Made by a program: the position numbers and the translations under genes. A stretch of 64,000 nucleotides of DNA from NCBI RefSeq assembly GCF_023055435.1, contig NW_025964013.1:5518001-5582000 (forward strand), in the 5' to 3' direction. The DNA is from Haliotis rufescens. Lineage: Eukaryota. Shown here in pieces: positions 38,740 through 50,810 of the stretch (positions are counted from its first letter, which is position 1; every line of letters starts with the position of its first letter). The notes under the pieces are model-generated. The model was not told the origin of the DNA. It did not search any database and saw only the letters and a program-made list of their open reading frames with translations.

Positions 38740-39781
38740 TTAACCTGAACAGCAGGTATACGAGCCCACATAGTCTGCAACAAGAAGATTGTCACATTTC
38801 GCCGCCAGCGTCCCAGTACTACACAGTGAAGCCACTAGGTCGCTGCGGACACATCGTTGCGTGCACCCAGTTACTGAAATCAAGATAAAAAACAATTCAA
38901 TAAACACCAGTATGCATTCAACATTCTCACTGTAAGACTTCTACCTCTCAAAGGAACACTTCTCTATTGTGAAATACCTACAGGCCTACAGTTCTAAATA
39001 AGTGTCATGAAACCAAAACCATTTATAAGATTATATTTGAGATTATGACCTGTCTTATTGCACCACACCAAGGCTCTTAATATCATTACACGTGGAACAA
39101 ATACTAGTGTATCGAAGACCGACCCAACACAAACGTCTCCACGTTTCTAAGGACTCAAACCATCTGACATAATGTCTACATGTACAGCATTGATATCAAG
39201 GGAAAGGAAAGGTTCATACAGAAGGTTTTATCCGCGACTGTCGGCATTGTTGATTCTGCTGGTGGTGGGGTCGGTGGTGCTGTGGTCGGTGGTGGGGTCG
39301 GTGGTGCTGTGGTCGGTGGTGGAGTCGGTGGTGCTGTGGTCGGTGGTGGGGTCGGTGGTGCTGTTGTCGGTGGTGGAGTCGGTGGTGCTGTGGTCGGTGG
39401 TGGGGTCGGTGGTGCTGTTGTCGGTGGTGGGGTCGGTGGTGCTGTGGTCGGTGGTGGGGTCGGTGGTGCTGTGGTCGGTGGTGGAGTCGGTGGTGCTGTG
39501 GTCGGCTCTGGTTCCTTTGATTTGGGTTTCCTTGATTTGGGTTTCCTTGATTTTGGATTCCTTGACCATGGTTTCCTTGGTCCTCGTGTCTGCTTCCCGG
39601 GGTTTCGGACTGGTGCGGGTCCTGACGCTTGGTTGACTTGACAGTAGTCAGAATAGTACTTTTTAGCCAGTGTACACATGAAGTTAATATCGTATTTGTC
39701 GACGTATGTCGGACGTCCATGCGAGTACGATAGTTGGACTGAGCACGCGAACAGCAGGAGAACAAGCACGAAGGACGCCAT
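38740..39781 (-). CDS. Secreted Pro/Thr-rich, cationic-repeat, 6-Cys-domain protein, copy A (231 aa); exons 39781-39220 and 38873-38740
   Basis: Signal peptide MASFVLVLLLFACSVQLSYS; donor TCT|GTATGA; acceptor ATTTCAG|. The phase-1 join yields LTGCTQRCVRSDLVASLCSTGTLAAKCDNLLVADYVGSYTCCSG-stop. Contains 9 PTTAPPTPP units. Confidence 0.82.
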
Positions 39782-39801
39782 CTTGGATCCAAAGAACAAG
39801 T

Positions 39802-39834
39802 AGTGATATTCTCCTGTCGACATTCTCTTTTATA
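39802..39834 (-). promoter_or_regulatory. TATA box plus Inr core promoter of the secreted-protein gene
   Basis: TATAAAAG (39834-39827) lies exactly 30 nt upstream of the A in TCACT (39804). The TATA box is conserved in all three units. Confidence 0.7.
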
Positions 39835-40438
39835 GACGTGTCCTGAAACACATTTGTCTTATTGCTGACACCGATACAAGTGATAGTCTCTAATCTGTTA
39901 TTGAATGTATCTCACATGTCTTTAATATCAGAGAATTAGAATATTCGGTTACAGAGGTAACCTTCTCAATGGCAAGCACCCAGTAATAGATGCCTATGCG
40001 ATTAATTCATGCAACTTATTAAAAATACAGGAAATTAAGTTAATATGAGAGGATTGTCTTTTGACAACCGATTGAAGATGAGTTAATCGTCAGCATTTGC
40101 TCTTGATGGTAACCTCAATGTTTGACACTAGTTCATAGTTCTCAAAACGAGATACGTCCCTCCATGTGTAATAAAAAGGACAATCAGTCCAAACCCTTCC
40201 ACAATGTCAGCTCAAACGCTAAAACCACATTTTGGGGTTTAGTATTGACTTCGTCGAGCTGGCGGTTCATTTTATCCACATAGTGTCACGTGACACCTGC
40301 CATACTCTACATTCATTTCAAATTAGCTGAATTTCATTTGAGTTACAGTTCAAATTAATATTTCCAATATGTAACTCATTCTAACAAATGATGCGTATTT
40401 GAACCAACTTCAACGTAGCAAAAAGAGGACATAAGATA

Positions 40439-41451
40439 ATCTGGGCAGCAAAAGAAAGTATAGGTATAGGTCGAGTTCCATGATCAACCAGAGTTTGAAT
40501 GAAATTGTGCAATCACAGGTAATGTAAGCTCGAGCAAAACAATGGTGGGGTAAGAAAATTCATTTTCAAAAGTTGTCTGAAATGTCACCAAACAATTGTC
40601 AGACACACTACAAGTTCATTGCCAACACAGTTGCCTTTAATAGCGTGTATGACCTCCAGCTGCCTCAATGAATGCTGTGATACGCCGCCTCATCGATGAC
40701 GTGGACTGTAATCCGTTGCCACTCGTCTCTAAGGACCTGCTGCAATTCTTGTCTGTTGACGGGAGACGGATGGCGTGCTCTAATCTGTCTTTCAGATAGT
40801 CCCACGGCATTGTCGTGTTGAAACAATGTCCCCTGCTGTTGGTTTTGTAAGAACGGAAGCACAACTGGCTGCAACACTTGGTCTCTGTACTGCACAGCGT
40901 TCAGGTTTCCCTGTATAATCACCAACTCAGTCTTCTGATCTCCACAAATACCGCCCCACACCATGACACCTCCCCTGCCGAATGGATGGACCTCTAGAAT
41001 ACACGCCGGAGCCAAACGTTCCCTTCTGCGTCGATAAACTCGTTCACTGCCGTCATTTCGAAACAAGTTAAACCGACTTTCATCAGTAAACAGCACCCGA
41101 CGCCAATTTCTCACTTGCCAGCGTCGAACCTGCCTCGCCCATCGTAGTCTCAGGCGCCGATGTTTAGCAGTCAGTACCATTCCTCGGAAAGAAGTCGTCG
41201 TAGTACTGTACGTTGGCTTATGGGATTTCCAAACGCTGTTGCTGCCGTCGCCGTCGCCGTTACGAATCGGTTTCGCAGGTGAATGAGACGTATCTGACCG
41301 TCTTCCGGTGGTGTTGTCACTCGGGGTCGTCCGGTTCTAGGCCTGTCCTCCCTGTCTGCCTGTACCGTTGAATCAGCCTGGCTACTGTCAGTGGTTTACA
41401 ACCAAACCTTGCAATTTGGACCTGTGTTGCCCCAATTTCGGCCATACCGAT

Positions 41452-41529
<78 letters not shown>

Positions 41530-41825
41530 TCCTGTGACAGTCGTGGTATTTATTTTGTGTGCTTTCGTCAAGTGTGGTTTTACCCTGCAGACGAACGCAT
41601 TTATATAGCTAACATGCACGTGCAGTTTATGCCATAGGCGGGAAACCTGTTTCACCACTTTATTGTCAACGCACGAGCGCCGTCAAAAGTGACGCGCACG
41701 GGTGAGATGTTTTTTGGTACCCGTTCCTAGGCAGTCATATTCCCCATACCCACTTTCCACCAGTTATCGCTGTTTTTTTGGAAAATTACAAATTGCCAAC
41801 CTATACTTTCTTTTGCCGCTTAGTT
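40439..41825 (-). mobile_element. Decayed Tc1 element, unit A copy
   Basis: TIR (a)actnagcggcaaaagaaagtatagg with TA flanks; VLFTDES, VMVWGGI, HDNA; internal deletion; (GA)n expansion. Confidence 0.9.
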
Positions 41826-42919
41826 TACTTAAATGTTTCTACATAATTGTATAGATGCAGATGAACACGCTGATACTGAGATGAATACATAACAGCTAAC
41901 TGTTAAGAACGTGAAACATAATTCTTTTACTCTGTTTCTGAACGCGGCACTCGACATTATTCAAGAAACAGGAAAATTTCATTAAACTTAAATAAAATAC
42001 TGCGTTGGTTCATAATTTTGAATTATGTTCCAAGATTGAAAGTATTGAGGGAAATTAACCAATGTCCAGATACATACGTTAATTAGTAATATATAGTAGT
42101 TTGGATAAAACACTTTAATTGTCAAGCGGGTTAAATGTGTTCTTATTTTCCTGTCAATGATCCAAGTCACTTATTTGAGATGACTTCATGATCAACTGTA
42201 CGATTAATCCCTGGTAGAATGTCAAAAACGGCAGCTTCAGCTCTTTCACAATTTCCGAGGTACAATCGAGCATGCTCCTTGTACCAAGATTCCAAAGAGC
42301 CTGAGACGTTGTTTAATCAAGATTACAGTAAGGCCTCAGTAAAGCTTTCAAAACGTTTTAGTGTTGACATGTTTGTCACTTTCATTCACGCCACTTTGAA
42401 CAGCATTTCATTTTTGTCACGGAAAGGTCTGCGTAATGTGGGAGAAATGCCTGAAGTAATGAAGGTCGTAGACGTTCAGCATTTTAGTGGATTCCATGAG
42501 TACCGTTAGGCACTGGAGAACTTCCCTGGAGGGATGTGACCCTGTGATGATCAGATTCTGAAATGACTGAGGGATGCACCTGTTCACGCGATCTACCAAT
42601 CAATAAGCGGGTATAGAGTTTCTTAATAATGAAAGGTTGTCCAGGCGAACACTGTCCATAGACCTAGTTTCCCTTTGCACTTAAGATTAAATAGTTTGTT
42701 ATTTGTTTTCTATTTATAACTTATTCACTAATTAAGTACTGGGTAACTGATAGCGAGGTCGGGAGCGACATGACAATACTGGTGAGTGACACACTCATAT
42801 GACTAATCTTGTCATCTCATTCTCGCTCACAGTAACGCGGCGAAGCCAGGAAACGTCCAACCATCCTAAAGTAAGTTTATTTATTTAAAATTGGAAATGT
42901 CGAATCGCCAGTTTGTTCA

Positions 42920-43115
42920 TTATGTACTGACAGTTGTCGTCCTCAGTATGATTGACGTTGCTTGTAATGATCGTGTTTATTCTAATTCTCGGGATAACAA
43001 ATTAGATTGTAGCAATTAAGATCGCGCTCATATTACTGAGGTACAAGACTGACCCTATATTCCGATCCACGAAATATGTCCACCAGATGGATACATCCTT
43101 GTGCAAGATTTAAAC
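42920..43115 (+). pseudogene. Duplicated, internally deleted 3' fragment of membrane paralog 3
   Basis: Matches 33565-33857 with an internal deletion. Confidence 0.85.
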
Positions 43116-46100
43116 TTTTGAGACATTCATCTCTTCGGGCTTTCCCCCCACACAAAGCTGACACGCTGTGATATAAGTGGAATACTGTTAAAAGCGGCGT
43201 TAAACCAAACTCACTCACTATCTGGTCCTTCAGGAAAACGATTTTAAAATAGTTCCTTTGATGAATGTATACATCCAGCGTGCTTGCAGGATACGTCCGG
43301 CAATTTCGGACAATACATTAAATAAGGAAAATACAACAAAGCCTTTCTAAGCCAGCAGAAACCGAATAAAAATTACTTATGCTGAAACACTACATACCGC
43401 CACGATTGGTCAAACATTTGTTCATACAGAATGGCATGGTCCGAATCAATCTTCCAATGACAAATTGAGAGAGTCCTGTCAACTTCTCTTGCAGCGCCTG
43501 GCCCAGTTCTGCTAACGTAGCGGATGGCCTTTGACATCGCCGCGCACGTCTCCGGATCATGTCCAAGGCATACTCTGTTGGGGAAAGGTGAAGACTCTGG
43601 CTGGCCATTGCATTCTGGTAATGTTTCGCTGCTTGAGGTACTCAGTTATTTGCGCCTTGTGCGGAGCCGATTGTTAACATTTTGTAACTGCAGAAACCTG
43701 TTCCAAATTCCAAGAAAAGAACTAACGTGTTGCTGTGGATAATAAAAGTTTACAATACCAATTGCTCAGAGCAATTGGACGATTTTCTCTTAAGTGTCAA
43801 AATTAAGAATGACCACATAACAGGGTGCACGGAGGAAGTGCATGGTCCATGTGGAATTTTATGATTTAGTCCCGAAACCGTCCTCTGGTAGTCGTTTTTC
43901 AAAGCCGATCTTTCTTCTGACGACCGATCATGAAAACAACACAGGCGCCGGGACCCCGTTAACAGGAAAAGTATACATATTACATACCAGAAACATAAGA
44001 ATTTACCTTATTTCTATTAATTGAAATAGGTGTTGAAATCATACCACGTTAGCATGTCGTCGCAATTGCCCCAAACTGCGCATCAACGTACTACGGTGAA
44101 CAACTGACTTCCCTTTGCATGTGTTTGTGACGGGTGCCACCGGTGGGGCAGGATACGCTTACCGTTTCGCGAACACCTGGTATCATTACTTTTTGATATT
44201 GATTCATAAACACGTGCTCATGATACAGTCGAAATTCTACAATCGACTCTGCTTTATGCAGTGTTTTCTATTGGATATGGAAAGGGTTTTGTCGCTTTAT
44301 TTTTATGAATATGGAAGGGGTTTTGTTGCTTATGTTTTATATGGCGACAAACAATTATAACCATTATAATATATTAAGTAAATAAGTAAACAAGCTTTGT
44401 GTAGTATAACACACATAATTTTTGTTACTCACTCACACAACCCCTTTACTATGAAAGTGACAAACCCTTTCCAAAATCATGTCAAAAATGAGTCCATTGT
44501 CTGATTCCGACTATGCCTTGAGCATGTGTTTATGAAGCATAATCAAATTGTGAGGATACCAAGTGTTCGTGAAAAAGTGAGCGTGCACCGGTCACAAACA
44601 CAAACATGGGCAAATCAATTGATCACGGAAAAATATCAGGCACCAATAGTTAGTTCACAGGCTGTTTATTCAATCATAAACACGAAACACAATGTAGACA
44701 ACGAAACGAAATAAGTGACGTTCAGTGCAGTAATCTAATTTTATCAATTTATATAGCGCTGAAGTTTCAGAGTACCTGTTCACAGGCGCTTTTAGTTCCC
44801 CGACCAGTGAATCCGTTTGTATTACCACCTCAGTGGTCTAGTGGTAGAGCGTTCGCCCGGAGAGCGCAAGCTCCGGGGATCGATCCCCGGCCTTGTCATA
44901 TCGAATATACGTTCAAAGATGGTACTTGTTGTTACCCTGTCTGGGGCTCGGCATTAAGGGGCAAAAACAAGGACTGGTCTGTTCGAAGTCAGTATACTGT
45001 GTCTGAGTGGGATATTCATGTTAAACTGCGACATGGTATATCAGGGTGCTACCTGTATAAAATCGGCATTTGTATATAAGTGCAATAATCTTGGACGCGA
45101 CGTTACATCTCACATCCAGTTATCGTTCTCAACTCCCTGGGGAGTATGCACACCTGTGCAGTCAGTCGGGTGCTAGACATTTGCACTCAAATCACCATCT
45201 TTTGCTTGCGTGGACGCCTCGCCATCAACACCGTCACCACGTGACCATCATGTGACAGGAAGTTACTAAACGGTTTGATGTGAGGTTCCTATCAACAAAG
45301 TTAGGAACGTCATGATGACATTGCATCATCAACATAACTGCTGATCAATCAAACACGGCTTCACTTCCACAGCTAAATGAGCTCAGTGATGTGTGACATC
45401 ACGGGACATGTTGGATTCCAGAAGCGTAAGGCCATTTTGGATTACTGCTTGTTTAGCTGGACATAATCCAACATGTGATTGCAGATATTGTACTCATGTT
45501 GGGAATAGAACCCGGCCCGCGAACGCTTTAACCTCCAGGCTACCCCACCGGAAATCACGAAGTGAAGACAAAACACAAATTGCTGGAACATCAGTTTATT
45601 TATATTTAGGTATAGGAAGGAGAAGAATCTATATCCAACTGATATGTAACATTTTGTGTACAACCGTGATAATTTATAATTGTGCATACTATTAATATTG
45701 ACATTACCTTCGCAGAGAATCTTAAGTAAACTGTTACCAAGGGCAACTGATGCCCTGTTAACCATTGTAATCGATCTACCACACATAGGGGTTGAACTTG
45801 GATTCCCCTTCATACCAAGACACTATTTCACCGAGTTCCGTATGCAGTGAGTGTTCCGACGTCCGCTAAAATATAAAAACAAAACTGTGTCTGAAATTAC
45901 GCTGGTGGTAAGTCATGGATTGTTGTATACCTACTTGATTGGGCACAAAGGGCCCATGTCGTGGCGTCAGGCAATAAATACTTACATTTCTATGCAAATT
46001 GTTTGAATGGCGGATGCTTACCCTTTTCGGGAACACAAGTGGTCATCCCTAATTTTCAATTGTTCATTCATATAATTTTCAAATGGAATCTGTTTCGTTG

Positions 46101-46398
46101 GATAATCCGGTTATTCTCTTGCATTGACAATTTATATTTGTGAACTAATTGAATTACTCCAAATGGGCATCAAAATAGTGGTGTTAAATTTACTGGCAAA
46201 GCCATAAATACTCTATAAGTCGTTGTTTAACATGGCGCTATTTCAGCTGTCTGAATTGTTTGAACTGATACACTGATGCAAGTATTGTTTAGATAATGTG
46301 TTGAAACAGAAACAGTTCTATCCAATTTACGAAAGGAATGTGTTTGCCAGCATCAAAATTATGTAAACATTTGCAATAAGGTCAAAGGCTTACCTGTT

Positions 46399-47426
46399 TT
46401 AACCTGAACAGCAGGTATACGAGCCCACATAGTCTGCAACAAGAAGATTGTCACATTTCGTCGCCAGCGTCCCAGTACTACACAGTGAAGCGACTAGGTC
46501 GCTGCGGACACATCGTTGTGTGCACCCAGTTACTGAAATCAAGATAAAAAACAATTCAATAAACACCAGTATGCATTCAACATTCTCACTGTAAGACTTC
46601 TACCTCTCAAAGGAACACTTCTCTATTGTGAAATACCTACAGGCCTACAGTTCTAAATAAGTGTCATGAAACCAAAACTCAGTGTGATACCATGCATGTC
46701 CAAATGAGCTGCCATTTATAAGATTATATTTGAGATTATGACCTGTCTTATTGCACAACACCAAGGCTCTTAATATCATTACACGTGGAACAAATACTAG
46801 TGTATCGAAGACCGACCCAACACAAACGTCTCCACGTTTCTATGGACTCAAACCATCTGACATAATGTCTACATGTACAGCATTGATATCAAGGGAAAGG
46901 AAAGGTTCATACAGAAGGTTTTATCCGCGACTGTCGGCATTGTTGATTCTGCTGGTGGTGGGGTCGGTGGTGCTGTGGTTGGTGGTGGAGTCGGTGGTGC
47001 TGTGGTCGGTGGTGGAGTCGGTGGTGCTGTGGTCGGTGGTGGGGTCGGTGGTGCTGTGGTCGGTGCTGGGGTCGGTGGTGCTGTGGTCGGTGCTGGTGGA
47101 GTCGGTGGTGCTGTGGTCGGTGGTGGTGGGGTCGGTGGTGCTGTGGTCGGCTCTGGTTCCTTTGATTTGGGTTTCCTTGATTTGGGTTTCCTTGATTTTG
47201 GATTCCTTGACCATGGTTTCCTTGGTCCTCGTGTCTGCTTCCCGGGGTTTCGGACTGGTGCGGGTCCTGACGCTTGGTTGACTTGACAGTAGTCAGAATA
47301 GTACTTTTTAGCCAGTGTACACATGAAGTTAATATCGTATTTGTCGACGTATGTCGGACGTCCATGAGAGTACGATAGTTGGACTGAGCACGCGAACAGC
47401 AGGAGAACAAGCACGAAGGACGCCAT
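46399..47426 (-). CDS. Secreted Pro/Thr-rich 6-Cys protein, copy B (215 aa); exons 47426-46913 and 46532-46399
   Basis: Same splice sites and intact frame; 7 Pro/Thr units; all cysteines conserved. Confidence 0.8.
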
Positions 47427-48083
47427 CTTGGATCCAAAGAACAAGTAGTTATATTCTCCTGTCGACATTCTCTTTTATAGACGTGTCCTGAAACACATTT
47501 GTCTTATTGCTGACACCGATACAAGTGATAGTCTCTAATCTGTTATTGAATGTATCCCACATGTCTTTAATATCAGAGAATTAGAATATTCGGTTACAGA
47601 GGTAACCTTCTCAATGGCAAGCACCCAGTAATAGATGCCTATGCGATTAATTTATGCAACTTATTAAAAATACAGGAAATTAAGTTAATATAAGAGGATT
47701 GTCTTTAGACAACCGATTGAAGATGAGTTAATCGTCAGCATTTGATCTTGATGGTAACCTCAATGTTTGACACTAGTTCATAGTTCTCAAAACGAGATAC
47801 GTCCCTCCATGTGTAATAAAATGTACAATCAGTCCAAACCCTTCCACAATGTCAGCTGAAACGCTAAAACCACATTTTGGGGTTAAGTATTGACTTCGTC
47901 AAGCTGGCGGTTCATTTTATCCACATAGTGTCATGTGACACCTGCCATACTCTACATTCATTTCAAATTAGCTGAATTTCATTTGAGTTACAGTTCAAAT
48001 TAATATTTCCAATATGTAACTCATTCTAACAAATGATGCGTTTTTGAACCCACTTCAACGTAGCAAAAAGAGGACATAAGATA

Positions 48084-49429
48084 AACTGGGCAGCAAAAGA
48101 AAGTATAGGTATAGGTCGAGTTCCATGATCAACCACAGTTTGAATGAAATTGTGCAATCACAGGTAATGTAAGCTCGAGGTAAACAATGGTGGGGTAAGA
48201 AAATTCATTTTCAAAAGTTGTCTGAAATGTCACCAAAAAATTGTCATACACACTACAAGTTCGTTGCCAACACAGTTGCCTTTAATAGCGTGTATGACCT
48301 CCAGCTGCCTCAATGCATGCTGTGATACGCCGCCTCATCGATGACGTCAGTCTTCCGATGACGTGGACTGTAATCCGTTGCCACTCGTCTCTAAGGGCCT
48401 GCTGCAATTCTTGTCTGTTGACGGGAGACGGATGGCGTGCTCTAATCTGTCTGTCAGATAGTCCCACGGCATTGTCGTGTTGCAACAATGTCCCCTGCTG
48501 TTGGTTTTGTAAGAACGGAAGCACAACTGGCTGCAACACTTGGTCTCTGTACTGCACAGCGTTCAGGTTTCCCTGTATAATCACCAAATCAGTCTTCTAA
48601 TCTCCACAAATACCGCCCCACACCATGACACCTCCCCTGCCGAATGGATGGACCTCTAGAATACACGCCGGAGCCAAACGTTCCCTTCTGCGTCGATAAA
48701 CTCGTTCACTGCCGTCATTTCGAAACAAGTTAAACCGACTTTCATCAGTAAACAGCACCCGACGCCAATTTCTCACTTGCCAGCGTCGAACCTGCCTCGC
48801 CCATCGCAGTCTCAGGCGCCGATGTTTAGCAGTCAGTACCATTCCTCGGAACGAAGTCGTCGTAGTACTGTACGTTGGCTTATGGGATTTCCCAACGCTG
48901 TTGCTGCCGTCGCCGTCGCCGTTACGAATCGGTTTCGCAGGTGAATGAGCCGTATCTGACCGTCTTCCAGTGGTGTGACACTCGGGGTCGTCCGGTTCTA
49001 GGCCTGTCCTCCCTGTCTGCCTGTACCGTTGAATCAGCCTGGCTACTGTCAGTGGTGTACAACCAAACCTTGCAATTTGGACCTGTGTTGCCCCAATTTC
49101 GGCCATACCGATGGCTCTCTCTCTCTCTCTCTGCTCCTGTGACAGTCGTGGTATTTCTTTTGTGTGCTTTCGTCAAGTGTTGCTATACCCTGCAGACGAA
49201 CGCATTTATACAGCTAACATGCACGTGCAATTTATGCCATAGGCGGGAAACCTGTTTCACCATTTTTTTGTCACCGCACGAGCGCCGTCAAAGGTGGCGC
49301 GTACGGGTGAGATGTTTTTTGGTACCCGTTCCTGTGCAGTCATATTCCCCATACCCACTTTCCACCAGTTATCGCTGTTTTTTGAAAAATTACAAATTGC
49401 CAACCTATAATTTCTTTTGCCGCTTAGTT
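48084..49429 (-). mobile_element. Decayed Tc1 element, unit B copy
   Basis: Same TIRs; shares the HDNA-VGLS deletion with the unit A copy. Confidence 0.9.
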
Positions 49430-50523
49430 TACTTAAATGTTTCTACATAATTGTATAGATGCAGATGAACACGCTGATACTGAGATGAATACATAACAGC
49501 TAACTGTTAAGAACGTGAAACATAATTCTTTTACTCTGTTTCTGAACGCGGCACTCGACATTATTCAAGAAACAGGAAAATTTCATTAAACTTAAATAAA
49601 ATACTGCGTTGGTTCATAATTTTGAATTATGTTCCAAGATTGAAAGTATTGAGGGAAATTAACCAATGTCCAGATACATAGGTAAATTAGTAATATATAG
49701 TAGTTTGGATAAAACACTTTTATTGACAGGCGGGTTAAATGTGTTTTTATTTTCCTGTCAATTATCCAAGTCACTTATTTGAGATGACTTCATGATCAAC
49801 TGTACGATTAATCCCTGGTAGAATGTCAAAAACGGCAGCTTCAGCTCTTTCACAATTTCCGAGGTACAATCGAGCATGCTCCTTGTACCAAGATTCCAAA
49901 GAGCCTGAGACGTTGTTTAATCAAGATTACAGTAAGGCCTCAGTAAAGCTTTTAAAACGTTTTAGTGTTGACATGTTTGTCACTTTCATTCACGCCACTT
50001 TGAACAGCATTTCATTTTTGTCACGGAAAGGTCTGCGTAATGTGGGAGAAATGCCTGAAGTAATGAAGGTCGTAGACGTTCAGCATTTTAGTGGATTCCA
50101 TGAGTACCGTTAGGCACTGGAGAACTTCCCTTGAGGGATACGACCCTGTGATGATCAGATTCTGAAATGACTGAGGGATGCACCTGTTCACGCGATCTAC
50201 CAATCAATAAGCGGGTATAGAGTTTCTTAATAATGAAAGGTTGTCCAGGCGAACACTGTCCATAGACCTAGTTTCCCTTTGCACTTAAGATTAAATAGTT
50301 TGTTATTTGTTTTCTATTTATAACTTATTCACTAATTAAGTACTGGGTAACTGATAGCGAGGTCGGGAGCGACATGACAATACTGGTGAGTGACACACTC
50401 ATATGACTAATCTTGTCATCTCATTCTCGCTCACAGTAGCGCGGCGAAGCCAGGAAACGTCCAACCATGCTAAAGTAAGTTTATTTATTTGAAATTGGAA
50501 ATGTCGAATCGCCAGTTTGTTCA

Positions 50524-50810
50524 TTATGTACTGACAGTTGTCGTCCTCAGTATGATTGACGCTGCTTGTAATGAGCTGTACACCCGTTATACCTTTGGGT
50601 CAGATATCACAAGAATAATTATATACAGTGCCATCACCGTAAACAATTTCGGCATGACAAAGGTAAACACTATCATGTTTATTCTAATTCTCGGGATAAC
50701 AATAGGAATTGTAGCAATTAAGATCGCGCTCATATTACTGAGGTACAAGACCCTGTATTCCCATCCACGAAATATGTCCACCAGATGGATACATCCTTGT
50801 GCGAGATTTA
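50524..50810 (+). pseudogene. Duplicated 3' fragment of membrane paralog 3
   Basis: LTVVVLSMIDAACNELYTRYTFGSD...LLRYKT, followed by a frameshift. Confidence 0.85.

Larger units (their letters stand above)
33565..42919 (+). repeat. Tandem segmental triplication, unit A
   Basis: Begins inside the paralog 3 CDS (ttatgatactgacagttgtcg) and ends at gccagtttgttca; colinear with units B and C. Confidence 0.92.
42920..50523 (+). repeat. Tandem triplication, unit B
   Basis: Junction gtttgttca|ttatgtactgacag; colinear with units A and C. Confidence 0.92.

Noticed and set aside
39172-39792. Gly/Val-rich, His-rich and Thr/Asp-rich ORFs overlapping the repeat exon (also in B and C)
   Set aside because: These are alternative-frame or antisense shadows of a stop-free repeat. 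Only the Pro/Thr frame has a signal peptide, promoter and splice partner.
39782-39823. Upstream ATG (MSTGEY) and the ORF tail CMNLSFPLISMLYM
   Set aside because: The ATG lies between the TATA box and the predicted TSS, and the tail is intron read-through past the GT donor.
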